NCBI GenBank assembly: GCA_965204415.1
Contig: CBDBEL010000001.1
Location: forward strand, 514,562-578,561
DNA length: 64,000 nucleotides
DNA from: Candidatus Aldehydirespirator sp.
GTDB taxonomy: Bacteria > Actinomycetota > Acidimicrobiia > Acidimicrobiales > Aldehydirespiratoraceae
Reading direction: 5' to 3'
Below the pieces are notes generated by a model, which did no database searches, had not been told where the DNA came from, and saw nothing but the letters and a program-made list of their open reading frames with translations. The translations under genes were made by a program, and so were the position numbers. Positions 46,517 to 55,763 of this stretch are shown one piece after another. The first letter of the stretch is position 1. Each line of letters starts with the position of its first letter.

Positions 46517-47475
46517 CAGAAGGGCAGCTCCTTGACGTCGAAGTACTGGCGGATCCGGTCCCCGGCGAAGTTGAGGGCCAGGACGGTGACGAACATCACC
46601 GCCACCGGGAACATGGCCACGTGGGTGGAGTTCTGCAGGTCGCGCAGGCCGGCGCCGTCGACGATCATCTTGCCCCACGAGATGGCGTCGTCACCGGCCA
46701 CCGACAGACCCAGGAACGCGAGCGAGCCTTCGGCCACGACCGCCACCGCCATGCCCAGCAGGGTGAGCGCCCCCATGGGAATCACGACGTTGGGGAGCAG
46801 CTCGCGGACGATGATGCGCCCGTGCTTGGCCCCCAGAACCCGCGCCGCCGCCACGAACTCCCGCTCTGCGTACACCAGCGTGGACGCCCGCGCCAGCAGG
46901 CCGACGGGCGCGACCGCCAGGATGCCGATCGTCAGGCTCACCACCAGCAGGCTGCGTTCGAGGGTTGCGGTGATCAGGATGGCCAGCACCAGCGCCGGGA
47001 ACGACAGCAGCACGAAGAAGACGAAGCCCACAGCCTGGTCGAGCCGGCCCCGGAAGTAGCCGGCCAGAATCCCCAGCCCGCCCCCGACGACCATGCCGAA
47101 CACGATGGCGAACCCGCCCACGGCGAGACTGATGCGGGCGCCGTGCACGGTACGGGAGAACACGTCCCGGCCGAGGGCGTCGGTGCCGAACCAGGCGTCG
47201 AGCGACGGCGACTCGCGGGGTCCCCCGAAGGCCACCTCGGTGGGATCGGCGAGGGGCAGCAGCGGCGCGAACACCGACACGAACGCCATGACCACGAGCC
47301 AGACCAGCGCCAGCCAGAAGCCGAAGCCCAGACGGCGGCGCACGGCGTCGCTCCCCTCCGGGCCGTCCGGCTCGGGACCCTTCCTGGACCGCATGAGCCG
47401 AACGATCCGGAACCTCTGGAGCAGCCGCTGACGCGACGCCCTGCCCTTGCGCGACGGCCGGCCCGGGGCGCTCAC
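46516..47475 (-). CDS. ABC transporter permease (OppC/DppC-like)
   Basis: GTG 47475 overlaps the upstream stop (GTGA); EAA-loop region YAEREFVAAARVLGAK. Confidence 0.85.
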   Translation of the reverse strand: MSAPGRPSRKGRASRQRLLQRFRIVRLMRSRKGPEPDGPEGSDAVRRRLGFGFWLALVWLVVMAFVSVFAPLLPLADPTEVAFGGPRESPSLDAWFGTDALGRDVFSRTVHGARISLAVGGFAIVFGMVVGGGLGILAGYFRGRLDQAVGFVFFVLLSFPALVLAILITATLERSLLVVSLTIGILAVAPVGLLARASTLVYAEREFVAAARVLGAKHGRIIVRELLPNVVIPMGALTLLGMAVAVVAEGSLAFLGLSVAGDDAISWGKMIVDGAGLRDLQNSTHVAMFPVAVMFVTVLALNFAGDRIRQYFDVKELPF

Positions 47476-48470
47476 TGGGCCCTCACCCTCGGATCGAGCC
47501 AGCTGTAGAACAGGTCCACCAGGAAGTTGATGATCACGAACGTGCACGCGACCAGCATCACGATCGCCAGCACCACCGGGAAGTCGTCGCGGACGACGGC
47601 GGTCACGATCTCCCGGCCGATCCCCGGTATGCCGAAGATCTGCTCCACCACCAGCGACCCCCCGATGAGCGCTCCGGTGCTGACCCCGAAGACGGTCACC
47701 ACCGAGAACATCGACGGCCGGAGGGCGTGGCGGAACATGATCCTCATCGGCGGGAGGCCCTTGGCCCGCGCCATGTGCACGAAGTCCTCCTGCAGCGTGG
47801 TGATCAAGTCGGTGCGCAGCAGCCGCTGATAGCTGGCCGCCAGCGGCAGGCCGAGCGTGACCGCGGGCAGGATCATGGAGAACACCAGACCGAAGACGCT
47901 CTCGCTCTCGTAGGCCGACGGCAGGAGCTGCCATCGCAACGCGAGCAGGTAGAGCAGCACCACCCCCAGCGCGAAGTTGGGTATCGACAGCAGGCCGAAC
48001 GACACCACCGTGGAGCCGCGGTCGAAGGCCCGGTTGGCCCGGTACGCCGCGATCACCCCCCACGGGATGGCGACCCCGAGCGAGACGATCTGGGCCATCA
48101 CCAGCAGGATCAACGTCTCGGGCAGTTTCTCGCGGATGATCTGCGACACCGGCTGGTCGTTCTGGAACGAGGTGCCGAAGTCGCCGGTGGCCATGTCGCC
48201 GACCCACAGCACGTAGCGCACCGGCACGGGACGGTCGAGGTGGTACTCGGCCCTGGCCTCGGCCACCGTTTCGCAGTCACTCCTGGCTCGATCCATGGAG
48301 GTGTCCTCGACCGTTCCGGCCTCGATGCCCTCGCAATCGAGTTCGGCCATCACGCCGACAACGTTGAACAGCGGATCTCCAAGGAAGTTCATGGCCGAGA
48401 ACCCGAGGAACGTGACCGCGAACAGCACAGCCACTAGCAGCACGAGCCGCCGGATAAGGAACCGTGCCAC
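47472..48470 (-). CDS. ABC transporter permease (OppB/DppB-like)
   Basis: 332 aa; MARFLIRRL.., EDFVHMARAKGL. Confidence 0.9.
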   Translation of the reverse strand: MARFLIRRLVLLVAVLFAVTFLGFSAMNFLGDPLFNVVGVMAELDCEGIEAGTVEDTSMDRARSDCETVAEARAEYHLDRPVPVRYVLWVGDMATGDFGTSFQNDQPVSQIIREKLPETLILLVMAQIVSLGVAIPWGVIAAYRANRAFDRGSTVVSFGLLSIPNFALGVVLLYLLALRWQLLPSAYESESVFGLVFSMILPAVTLGLPLAASYQRLLRTDLITTLQEDFVHMARAKGLPPMRIMFRHALRPSMFSVVTVFGVSTGALIGGSLVVEQIFGIPGIGREIVTAVVRDDFPVVLAIVMLVACTFVIINFLVDLFYSWLDPRVRAQ

Positions 48471-48585
48471 GGGCCGTTACCGTCCTGGCCGCCGCGACAT
48501 GATCATCGAGGCGCTACCCAATCAGGTCCGGCAGTCACTCCGCACAGAGATTACTACTGCCGTTGGGGATGTGCCCGCAGGGGCC

Positions 48586-48735
48586 AAGAGGCCGAGCGAG
48601 TAGGCGAGCGGATGCAGCCCATACGGGCGAGGCCGTGGCCCGAGCGGCCCGTGAGCGCAGCGAACAAGAGCGGGAGACACCCCGCCGCAACGTGGTCAGG
48701 TTGCGCCTACCCGCGCACGTTCTAAGGCCCCGCTT
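48586..48735 (+). repeat. interspersed intergenic repeat, copy C (core 48627-48676)
   Basis: gcgaggccgtggcccgagcggcccgtgagcgcagcgaacaagagcgggag; box caagaggccgagcg at 48586-48598; antisense to the surrounding operon. Confidence 0.8.
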
Positions 48736-48747
48736 GTGCGTCGGGGC
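48726..48747 (-). terminator. GC hairpin just downstream of SBP paralog 1, possible intra-operon attenuator
   Basis: GCCCCG cttgtgcgt CGGGGC, 9 nt after the stop at 48756. Confidence 0.3.
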
Positions 48748-48755
48748 GCCGGCGG

Positions 48756-50660
48756 CTAGCCCAGCCAGATTCCGTTCAGCAGCACCCGGCCCGAGTTGTT
48801 GCACCAGAGTTCGATGCCGTCGGGAGACGCCTGACCGCAGATGCTGTGAACCCCGTCGCGGGCGCCTACCGCCCAGTTCGTGTGGTAGTAGAAGATGTAG
48901 GTGTAGCTGTCGCGGATCATCTCCTGGATCCGGTGCCAGATCTCCACCCTGCGATCGAGGTCGTCGATGGCCCGGGACTCGGCCATGAGCTCGTCTCGTT
49001 CGGGATCGCAGTAGCGGGGGAAGTTGAGCGAGATGAACCCGATCGAGTCGCACTCGAGCCACAGCGCGACGTTGTCGGGGTCGATGGTGCCGAACTGCCG
49101 CCAGTTGACCACGTCGTAGTTGCCCAGCACGACCTCGTTGATCAGCTTGTCCTGAAGGACCTCGACCGGCGTGACGTTGAAGAAGTCCTCCCAGGCGTCG
49201 GTCTGCAGGTCGGCGATGCGCAGGTTCTCCACCGAGGGCCCGCCGAAGTGCAGCTCCATGTTGATCCTTCCCCCGGAGCAGTTCTCGGGGTGGTCGGCGC
49301 AGTAGGCCTCGACCAGCGGCCCGGCCAGCTCCGGCATGTTCGTCTCCTGCTCGACCTCGGGGTTGTGCCAGATCAGGTCGGGATGGAACATCGTGTCGGC
49401 CGGCGGCGAGGTGCCCTGACGGATCAACTCCAGGTACCCGTCCCGGTCGGCGGCGAAGGTCAGAGCCTGGCGGGCCCTGATGTCGTCGAAGGGGGGTCGC
49501 CCCGAGTTGATCACCGCGAAGCCCTCGTCGGACCGCACATTCTCGATGGTGGTCACGCTGCCGGCCTCGCGCATGATGAGCGTCGCCTCGGCGTTGGTTG
49601 TGATCACCAGGTCGAGGGCTCCGGTGGTCAGGCGCTCCGCGGCGATGACCATGTCGGTGATGGGGTAGACCTCGATCCGGTCGACGTGGACGGGGACGCG
49701 GTCGGCGGCCCAGTAGTCGGGGTTGCGCACCAGCACCGTGGCCACATCCTGGGTCCGGCTGGAGACCATGAACGGCCCCTGCCCCACCGGATTCTGGTTC
49801 AGGGTCGGATCCTGGCGCGCCAGCTCCAGCCACTCCGACGGCAGCACCATCCCCAGCTGGCCGGTCAGTGCTAGCGGGAATCGGGCCGACGGCCTGGCCA
49901 CCCTCATCTCGACGGTGAGGTCGTCGATCTTGGTGATGAAGTCACCGGCCTGGATCGTGTTGCGGTACACCAGCGAGATGACGGGATCCGCGAGCTGGGC
50001 GCTGATGGTCGCTACGACATCGTCCGCGGTGAGCTCCGTGCCGTCGTGGAAGCGGACCCCGTCTCGCAGCCTCATCCGCCACACCGTGCCGTCGTCGTTG
50101 CTGGTGAACGACTCGGCCAGGTACGGGATCCAGTTGCCCTCCGTGTCGACGTAGGCCAGCGGATCGAACATCGGGTAGGCCATCACGTAGGCGGCCACCG
50201 CGAAGTTGTTGGCCGCCGGATTCAAACCGTCGGCCTCGGCATCGACCGCCACCCTGAGTGTCCCGCCCGGAACGGGCCGCGGTCCGGCCGCCACCCCGGT
50301 GCCGGCGCCGTCTTCTGGTGCGGCGACGGTCGTGGTGGTGTCGAGCGGGGCGACCAGCGACCCTTGTTCCGCCCGATGCCCCTCCTCGCCCGCGTCGGGC
50401 GACACCGCGCCGGGATCGGCCACATCGGCGCGGTCGCCGTCCTCGCCGGCCGCGGCGTCGGAGTCGGAGGGTTCGGACGACGCAGAAGGCTCCGACCGGG
50501 CTGACGGCTCGGCCGTCCCGGCGCTCCGCGAGGGTTCGTCGCCGGCTCCGCCGCACGCGGCCAGAGCAGCGGCGCCGGCAAGCAGCGCCGCCAGCAGCTG
50601 GAATCGGAGCCCGCGGGTCAGTGGTCCTCTGGTGGTGTGTCGCGGGCTTGGTCGGGGCAC
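48756..50660 (-). CDS. ABC transporter substrate-binding lipoprotein, family 5 (peptide/nickel type), paralog 1
   Basis: Lipobox LAACGG, acidic/Thr-rich linker, then SBP_bac_5-like body. Confidence 0.85.
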   Translation of the reverse strand: MPRPSPRHTTRGPLTRGLRFQLLAALLAGAAALAACGGAGDEPSRSAGTAEPSARSEPSASSEPSDSDAAAGEDGDRADVADPGAVSPDAGEEGHRAEQGSLVAPLDTTTTVAAPEDGAGTGVAAGPRPVPGGTLRVAVDAEADGLNPAANNFAVAAYVMAYPMFDPLAYVDTEGNWIPYLAESFTSNDDGTVWRMRLRDGVRFHDGTELTADDVVATISAQLADPVISLVYRNTIQAGDFITKIDDLTVEMRVARPSARFPLALTGQLGMVLPSEWLELARQDPTLNQNPVGQGPFMVSSRTQDVATVLVRNPDYWAADRVPVHVDRIEVYPITDMVIAAERLTTGALDLVITTNAEATLIMREAGSVTTIENVRSDEGFAVINSGRPPFDDIRARQALTFAADRDGYLELIRQGTSPPADTMFHPDLIWHNPEVEQETNMPELAGPLVEAYCADHPENCSGGRINMELHFGGPSVENLRIADLQTDAWEDFFNVTPVEVLQDKLINEVVLGNYDVVNWRQFGTIDPDNVALWLECDSIGFISLNFPRYCDPERDELMAESRAIDDLDRRVEIWHRIQEMIRDSYTYIFYYHTNWAVGARDGVHSICGQASPDGIELWCNNSGRVLLNGIWLG

Positions 50661-50725
50661 CTGGATCAGCCGCAGAGGCGGGCTTCGACCTGCGACGCCT
50701 CCCTAGTCATTTCGTAGACGCAGCA

Positions 50726-52630
50726 CTAGCTCAACCAGAGCTGGTTCAACCAGATCCGGCCCTGGTTGTTGCAGAACAGCTGGTCGCCTGTGGGCCCGAT
50801 CTGGCCGCATAGGTTCTGCACGTTGTCCCGGACGCCGACGGTCCAGTTGTCGTGGGCGAGATAGATGTAGGTGTAGGTGTCCCGGTTTATCTCCTGGATC
50901 CGGTGCCAGATCTCCACCCGCCGGTCGAGGTCGTCGATCCTGCGCTGCTCATAGAGCAGCCCGTCGCGTTCTTCGTCGCAGTAGCGGGCGAAGTTCAGGG
51001 CGATGAAGCCGATCGACCCGCACTCCATGAAGATCGTGTCGTTGTCGGGATCGACCGCCCCGAAAGTGAACGCCAGGGTCACGTCGAAGTTGCCCAGCAC
51101 GATGTCGACGATCAACTCGTCCACATGGGCCACTTTGGGATCGAGGTTGAAGAACTCACCCCAGGTGTCGACCAGCAGATCGACAGTGCGGTCGGCCTCC
51201 ACCGACGGGCCAGGAATGCCGACACGCATGTTGATCTTGCCGTCGGTGCAGTTCGCGCCGAAGTCGGCGCAGTGGGCGGCCACAAGCGGGCCCGCCTTCT
51301 CGGGCATGTTGGTCTCCTGCACCACATCCGGGTTGCGCCAGACCAGGTCGGGATGGAACATCGTGTGGGCCGCCTGCGCGGTGCCCTGGCGGATCAGCTC
51401 CACGTACAGGTCCTGGTCCGTCGCGAACGTCAGGGCCTGGCGGGCACGGATGTCGGAGAAGACCTGGCTCCTCGAGTTCATGATCATCAGCGTCTCTTCG
51501 GAGCGCTGGTTCTCGACGGTGCGCACTCCCTGATCGGCCGCGTCTCGCAGCGCCAGGATCGCGTCCGCACCCGACACGGCCACCAGGTCCAGCTCTCCTG
51601 CTATCAGCCGCTGTGCGGCGATGGTGTTGTCGGTTATGGGCTCTATCTCTATGCGATCGAGGTATATGTCGATCATGTCCGCGGCCCAGTAGTCGGGGTT
51701 GCGCACCAGCACCGTCTTCTCGTCCGGGACGCGGCTCTCGATCATGAAGGGGCCGGTGCCGACCGGCATCTGGTTGAGCGTCGGATCCGACGCGGCCTGC
51801 TCCAGCCACTCCGACGGCATGATCATCCCGAATTGGCTCGTGAACGCGATCGGCAACCGGCCGGCCGGCCTTACGCCCTTGTACTGGACCGTGTACTCGT
51901 CGATCTTGACGATGGGCTCTTCGAGGTCGAATCCGGGCTTGAACGCCACCGAGAGGGCCGGGTCGGATAGTTGCGCGTTGAACGTCGCGACCACATCGTC
52001 GGCGTCGAGCTCGGTCCCGTCATGGAAGCGGATGCCTTCCCGCAACTTCATCTGCCACTGGGTGCCGTCGCCGATCTTGGTCCACGACTCGGCCAGGACG
52101 GGGACCCAGTTGCCTTGCGTGTCGTAGTAGGTGAGCGGGTCGAACAGCGAGTATGCCGTGACGTAGACGGGCCCCGAGAAGTTGTTGGCCGCGGGGTTGA
52201 GGCCGTCGCCCTCGGCGAGGACCGCCACCCTCAGCGTGCCGCCGCGTCGCGGGCCCGGTTCGGCCGGCTCGTCGGCGACGACTTCCTCCCCGTCCTCCTC
52301 GTCATCAGTCTCGGCTGCCGGTGATTCCTCCTCGTCGCCAAGTGGAGTCGTGGTGGTGGTCGTGGTGTCGACCGGCGCGACCAGCAGTTCCTGCTCCTCT
52401 TGGTCCCCGGCGCCATCCTCCTCGGTGTCGGCGGCCGCGGGCGCCTCGCCGTTCGCGGTGCCGGAGTCGGCCGGATCGCCGGGAGCAGACCCGTCGGCAG
52501 GCGCGGAGGTCTCGGCAGCCAGCGGGGGCTGCTCGTCGCCGCCGCCCCCACATGCGGCCGCGATCAACGAGAAGGCGAACGCGACTGCGAACCACCATCT
52601 CCAATGCCGGTTGATCCGTCGAGCAGCCAT
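50726..52630 (-). CDS. ABC transporter substrate-binding lipoprotein, family 5, paralog 2
   Basis: Start trimmed to MAARRINRHWRWW (ATG 52630); lipobox IAAACGGGG. Confidence 0.85.
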   Translation of the reverse strand: MAARRINRHWRWWFAVAFAFSLIAAACGGGGDEQPPLAAETSAPADGSAPGDPADSGTANGEAPAAADTEEDGAGDQEEQELLVAPVDTTTTTTTPLGDEEESPAAETDDEEDGEEVVADEPAEPGPRRGGTLRVAVLAEGDGLNPAANNFSGPVYVTAYSLFDPLTYYDTQGNWVPVLAESWTKIGDGTQWQMKLREGIRFHDGTELDADDVVATFNAQLSDPALSVAFKPGFDLEEPIVKIDEYTVQYKGVRPAGRLPIAFTSQFGMIMPSEWLEQAASDPTLNQMPVGTGPFMIESRVPDEKTVLVRNPDYWAADMIDIYLDRIEIEPITDNTIAAQRLIAGELDLVAVSGADAILALRDAADQGVRTVENQRSEETLMIMNSRSQVFSDIRARQALTFATDQDLYVELIRQGTAQAAHTMFHPDLVWRNPDVVQETNMPEKAGPLVAAHCADFGANCTDGKINMRVGIPGPSVEADRTVDLLVDTWGEFFNLDPKVAHVDELIVDIVLGNFDVTLAFTFGAVDPDNDTIFMECGSIGFIALNFARYCDEERDGLLYEQRRIDDLDRRVEIWHRIQEINRDTYTYIYLAHDNWTVGVRDNVQNLCGQIGPTGDQLFCNNQGRIWLNQLWLS

Positions 52631-52765
52631 CCCCGATTGCCCTTCCAGTCGAGGCCGATGAGCCGGCATCCAGCCGCGTAACCCTGCCAGAGCGCGCTGC
52701 TGGTCCGATAATACTATTGACTACTGGTTCATCCGATAGGAGGGGACGATCCGGCCGGTCAGCGG

Positions 52766-54712
52766 TCAGCTCAGCCAGACCTGGTGCAACTGCACCCGGC
52801 CCTGGTTGTTGCAGAACAGCTCCACCCCGTCGGGAGAGGTCTGCCCGCAGATGTTGTGGACGTTGTCGCGGGCACCGATGGTCCAGTTGGCGTGGTTGAA
52901 GAAGATGTACGTGTAGGAGTCCCGGAGGTCCTCCGAGATCTGGTGCCAGATCTCCACCCGCCGGTCCAGGTCGTCGATCCTGCGCTGCTCGAACAGGAGG
53001 GCGTCGCGTTCGGGATCGCAGTCCCGTGGCCAGTTGAGCGAGATGATGTCGATCGAGGCGCACTGGATCCACAGCACGTCGTTGTCAGGATCGACGGCGC
53101 CGAACTGGCGCCAGGTGACCACGTTGTAGAAACCGATGGCCACCTCCGTGATGTGCTCGTCCTGGAGCAGTTCCTGCTGGGTGACGTTGAAATAGTCCTC
53201 CCAGCTGTCGATCAGCAGGTCGGCGATGCGGGTCTGGGCGACCGACGGGCCCGAGTACTGGAACTCGACGTTGATCTTGCCGTCCGTGCAGTGGGAGCGC
53301 CGCTGCCCGGTGAAGACCGGCCATTCGTAGTCACCGGGATTGTCGGCGCAGTAGGCGGCCACCAGCGGTCCGGCCTTCTCGGCCATGTTGGTCTCCTGCT
53401 TCACGTCCGGGTTGTGCCAGATCAGGTCCGGATGGAACATCGAGTCGGCCGCCGGTGCGGTGCCCTGGCGGATCAGCGCCACGTAGGCGTCGCGGTCGGT
53501 GGCGAACGTGAGCGCCTGGCGGGCCCTGATGTCGTTGAACGGGGGCTGCTGGATGTTCATCATGGCGAAGTCCTCGCTGGACCTCACGTTCTCGATGGTC
53601 CTCACGCCCGCGTCTGCAGACTCGCGCAGGGTGAGGATGGCGTCGGAGTTGCTGGTCACCATCAGGTCGATCTCGCCGGCAGCCAGCCGCTCCGCGGCGA
53701 TCACGGTGTCGGTGATGATGTTGACCTCGATGCGGTCGAGGTATATGTCGGTGATGTCCGCGGCCCAGTAGTCGGGGTTGCGCACGAGCACCGTCTTCTC
53801 GTCCTGGACGCGGCCTCCGTCCGGGATCATGAAGGGACCGGTGCCGACCGGGTACTGGTTGAGCGTCGGATCCTCGAGGGCCCGGGCCAGCCACTCCGAC
53901 GGGGCGATCATGCCGAGCTGGCTGGTGACGTACTGGGGGAAGTTGGCCATGGGCGCCAGCGGGTTGAACTGCACGGTGAGGTCGTCCACCTTCACGACCG
54001 CGCCGGTCTCGGGATAGAAGGGACGGACCGCGAGCGACACCTCCAGGTCGAGGAGCTGGGCCTCGTAGGTGGCGATGACGTCGTCGGCGTCGAGCTCGGT
54101 GCCGTCGTGGAAGCGGACCCCCTCCCGCAGCTTCATCTGCCACGACTCGCCGCCGTTGATGGGGGTGAACGACTCGGCGAGGTACGGGATCCAGTTGCCT
54201 TGGGTGTCCCAGTAGGCGACGGGATCGAACACCGGGTAGGTCATCACGTAGGCCGACACCGCGAAGCTGCCGGAGGTGGGGTTCAGGCTGTCGCCCTCGG
54301 CCTCGACGCCGACGCGCAGCGTGCCCCCGAACCGGGGCTCGGGCTCGGCCGGCGCCTCCACGACGGCCTCCTCGCCGTCCTCACCGTCCTCGGCGGGCGG
54401 CGGTGCGGTGGTCGTGGTGGTGGTGTCCACCGGGGCGGTCAGCGGCTCCTGCTCCTGGGTGTCCTCCGGCTCGGTGTCGGCCGGAGCCGGCGCCGCCTCG
54501 CCCGCGCCGTCGCCGTCGGCATCGACGGCAGCGTCGCCGTCGCCGGACTCAGCGGGCTCGGAGGGAGCGGCCGTTTCCGTGGTTTCGACCGCCTGGGAGG
54601 GCTGCGACTCGCCGTCGTCTCCCCCGCCGCCGCATGCTGCCGCGATCAGGGCGAAGGCGAGCACGGCTCCGAGCCACCATCTCCAAGGCTTGTTGATCCG
54701 TCGAACAGTCAT
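52766..54712 (-). CDS. ABC transporter substrate-binding lipoprotein, family 5, paralog 3
   Basis: Track ORF (to 55447) trimmed to MTVRRINKPWRWW (ATG 54712); lipobox IAAACGGGG. Confidence 0.85.
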   Translation of the reverse strand: MTVRRINKPWRWWLGAVLAFALIAAACGGGGDDGESQPSQAVETTETAAPSEPAESGDGDAAVDADGDGAGEAAPAPADTEPEDTQEQEPLTAPVDTTTTTTAPPPAEDGEDGEEAVVEAPAEPEPRFGGTLRVGVEAEGDSLNPTSGSFAVSAYVMTYPVFDPVAYWDTQGNWIPYLAESFTPINGGESWQMKLREGVRFHDGTELDADDVIATYEAQLLDLEVSLAVRPFYPETGAVVKVDDLTVQFNPLAPMANFPQYVTSQLGMIAPSEWLARALEDPTLNQYPVGTGPFMIPDGGRVQDEKTVLVRNPDYWAADITDIYLDRIEVNIITDTVIAAERLAAGEIDLMVTSNSDAILTLRESADAGVRTIENVRSSEDFAMMNIQQPPFNDIRARQALTFATDRDAYVALIRQGTAPAADSMFHPDLIWHNPDVKQETNMAEKAGPLVAAYCADNPGDYEWPVFTGQRRSHCTDGKINVEFQYSGPSVAQTRIADLLIDSWEDYFNVTQQELLQDEHITEVAIGFYNVVTWRQFGAVDPDNDVLWIQCASIDIISLNWPRDCDPERDALLFEQRRIDDLDRRVEIWHQISEDLRDSYTYIFFNHANWTIGARDNVHNICGQTSPDGVELFCNNQGRVQLHQVWLS

Positions 54713-54882
54713 CCCTGAGTGCCCTCCCGTGTGAGACCGGTGAACCGGCGCCGAGCCGGCGCCCAGCCGCCTAACTCTGCCAGATGAAGACCGTCGCGGC
54801 CAGCGAATGCCCCGAAGTTCTTGCCCCGGCGTGCGGCGCCGTCGAGATGTCGGTCCCCTTCCGGCCGCGTCCCCGCGCCCGG

Positions 54883-55692
54883 TCAGGGATGCTGACTGCT
54901 GACCGAGACGACCTCTCCGGTCATGTAGCCGGCCAGGTCGCTGGCCAGGAACACCATCACGTTGGCCACCTCCCAGGGCTCGGCCGGCCGGCCGAAAGCC
55001 TCCTCTTGGGCGAGGTCGGCCAGCAGCGCCTCGTCGGTGGTCTTGGCCAGGAACGGGTGCCAGGCCAGGCTGGGCGCAACGCAGTTCACCCTGATCCCGT
55101 GCTCGGCCGCCTCCAGGGCGGCGCAGCGGGTCAGGGCCATCACCCCGGCCTTGGCCGCGGCGTAGTGGGCCTGCTCGGTCTGGGCCCTCCAGCCGGAGAC
55201 GGAGGCGTTGTTGACGATGGCGCCGCCGGCGCCCTGGTCGATCATCCGGCGCAGCGCGGCCCGGGTGCAGCGCATGGTCCCGTCGAGCGTCACCGAGAGC
55301 ACAGCCGACCACTGCTCGTCGGTCATGTCCACCAGACGCACCGATCCGCCCAGCCCCGCGTTGTTCATCATCACGTCGATGCCGCCCAGCAGGGTCGCGG
55401 CGGCGTCCATCAGGGCCTGGACATCGTCTTCGGAGGTCACGTCGCACCGTGTCGCCGCGGGCCGTGACCCGGTGTCGGCCTCCAACCAGTCGCAGGCGGA
55501 CGACAGGCGACGCTCGTGGATGTCGGAGATGAGGACCGACGCGCCCTCGATCAGGGCCCGGCGGGCTACAGCGGAGCCGATCCCTGCGCCGGCCGCAGCG
55601 GTGACCACAACCCGCCGGCCCTCGAGCAGGCCTCGACCCGGCGGCTCCGTAGGAGGCTCAGGCCATGGCCACCCGACCCGCTCGGAAGTCAT
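54883..55692 (-). CDS. SDR-family oxidoreductase
   Basis: TAAAGAGIGSAV, NNAG, YAAAKAG. Confidence 0.85.
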   Translation of the reverse strand: MTSERVGWPWPEPPTEPPGRGLLEGRRVVVTAAAGAGIGSAVARRALIEGASVLISDIHERRLSSACDWLEADTGSRPAATRCDVTSEDDVQALMDAAATLLGGIDVMMNNAGLGGSVRLVDMTDEQWSAVLSVTLDGTMRCTRAALRRMIDQGAGGAIVNNASVSGWRAQTEQAHYAAAKAGVMALTRCAALEAAEHGIRVNCVAPSLAWHPFLAKTTDEALLADLAQEEAFGRPAEPWEVANVMVFLASDLAGYMTGEVVSVSSQHP

Positions 55693-55762
55693 GGGCCGTC
55701 CACTTCGACCGGCTCGGCGGGAGGCTCAGGCCATGGCCGCTCTCCGTGCTCGGAAGCCATGG
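55652..55762 (-). repeat. junction duplication, two 43-nt copies with period 68
   Basis: ggaggctcaggccatggcc..gctcggaag(t/c)catgg at 55652-55694 and 55720-55762; centres diverged. Confidence 0.8.
55689..55760 (-). other. candidate relay mini-ORF (23 codons, MASEHGERPWPEPPAEPVEVDGP)
   Basis: Starts 3 nt after the stop of 55764-56675; its TGA overlaps ATG 55692 (ATGA). Confidence 0.4.
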
Positions 55763-55763
55763 C

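Noticed and set aside
52766-55447. 893-aa version of binding-protein paralog 3, and the long versions of 38561-40156, 36088-36912, 37744-38670, 33335-34330 and 45434-46678
   Set aside because: The N-terminal extensions are low-complexity and overlap neighbouring genes. Internal starts give canonical N-termini (signal peptide or lipobox, or stop/start overlap with the upstream gene).
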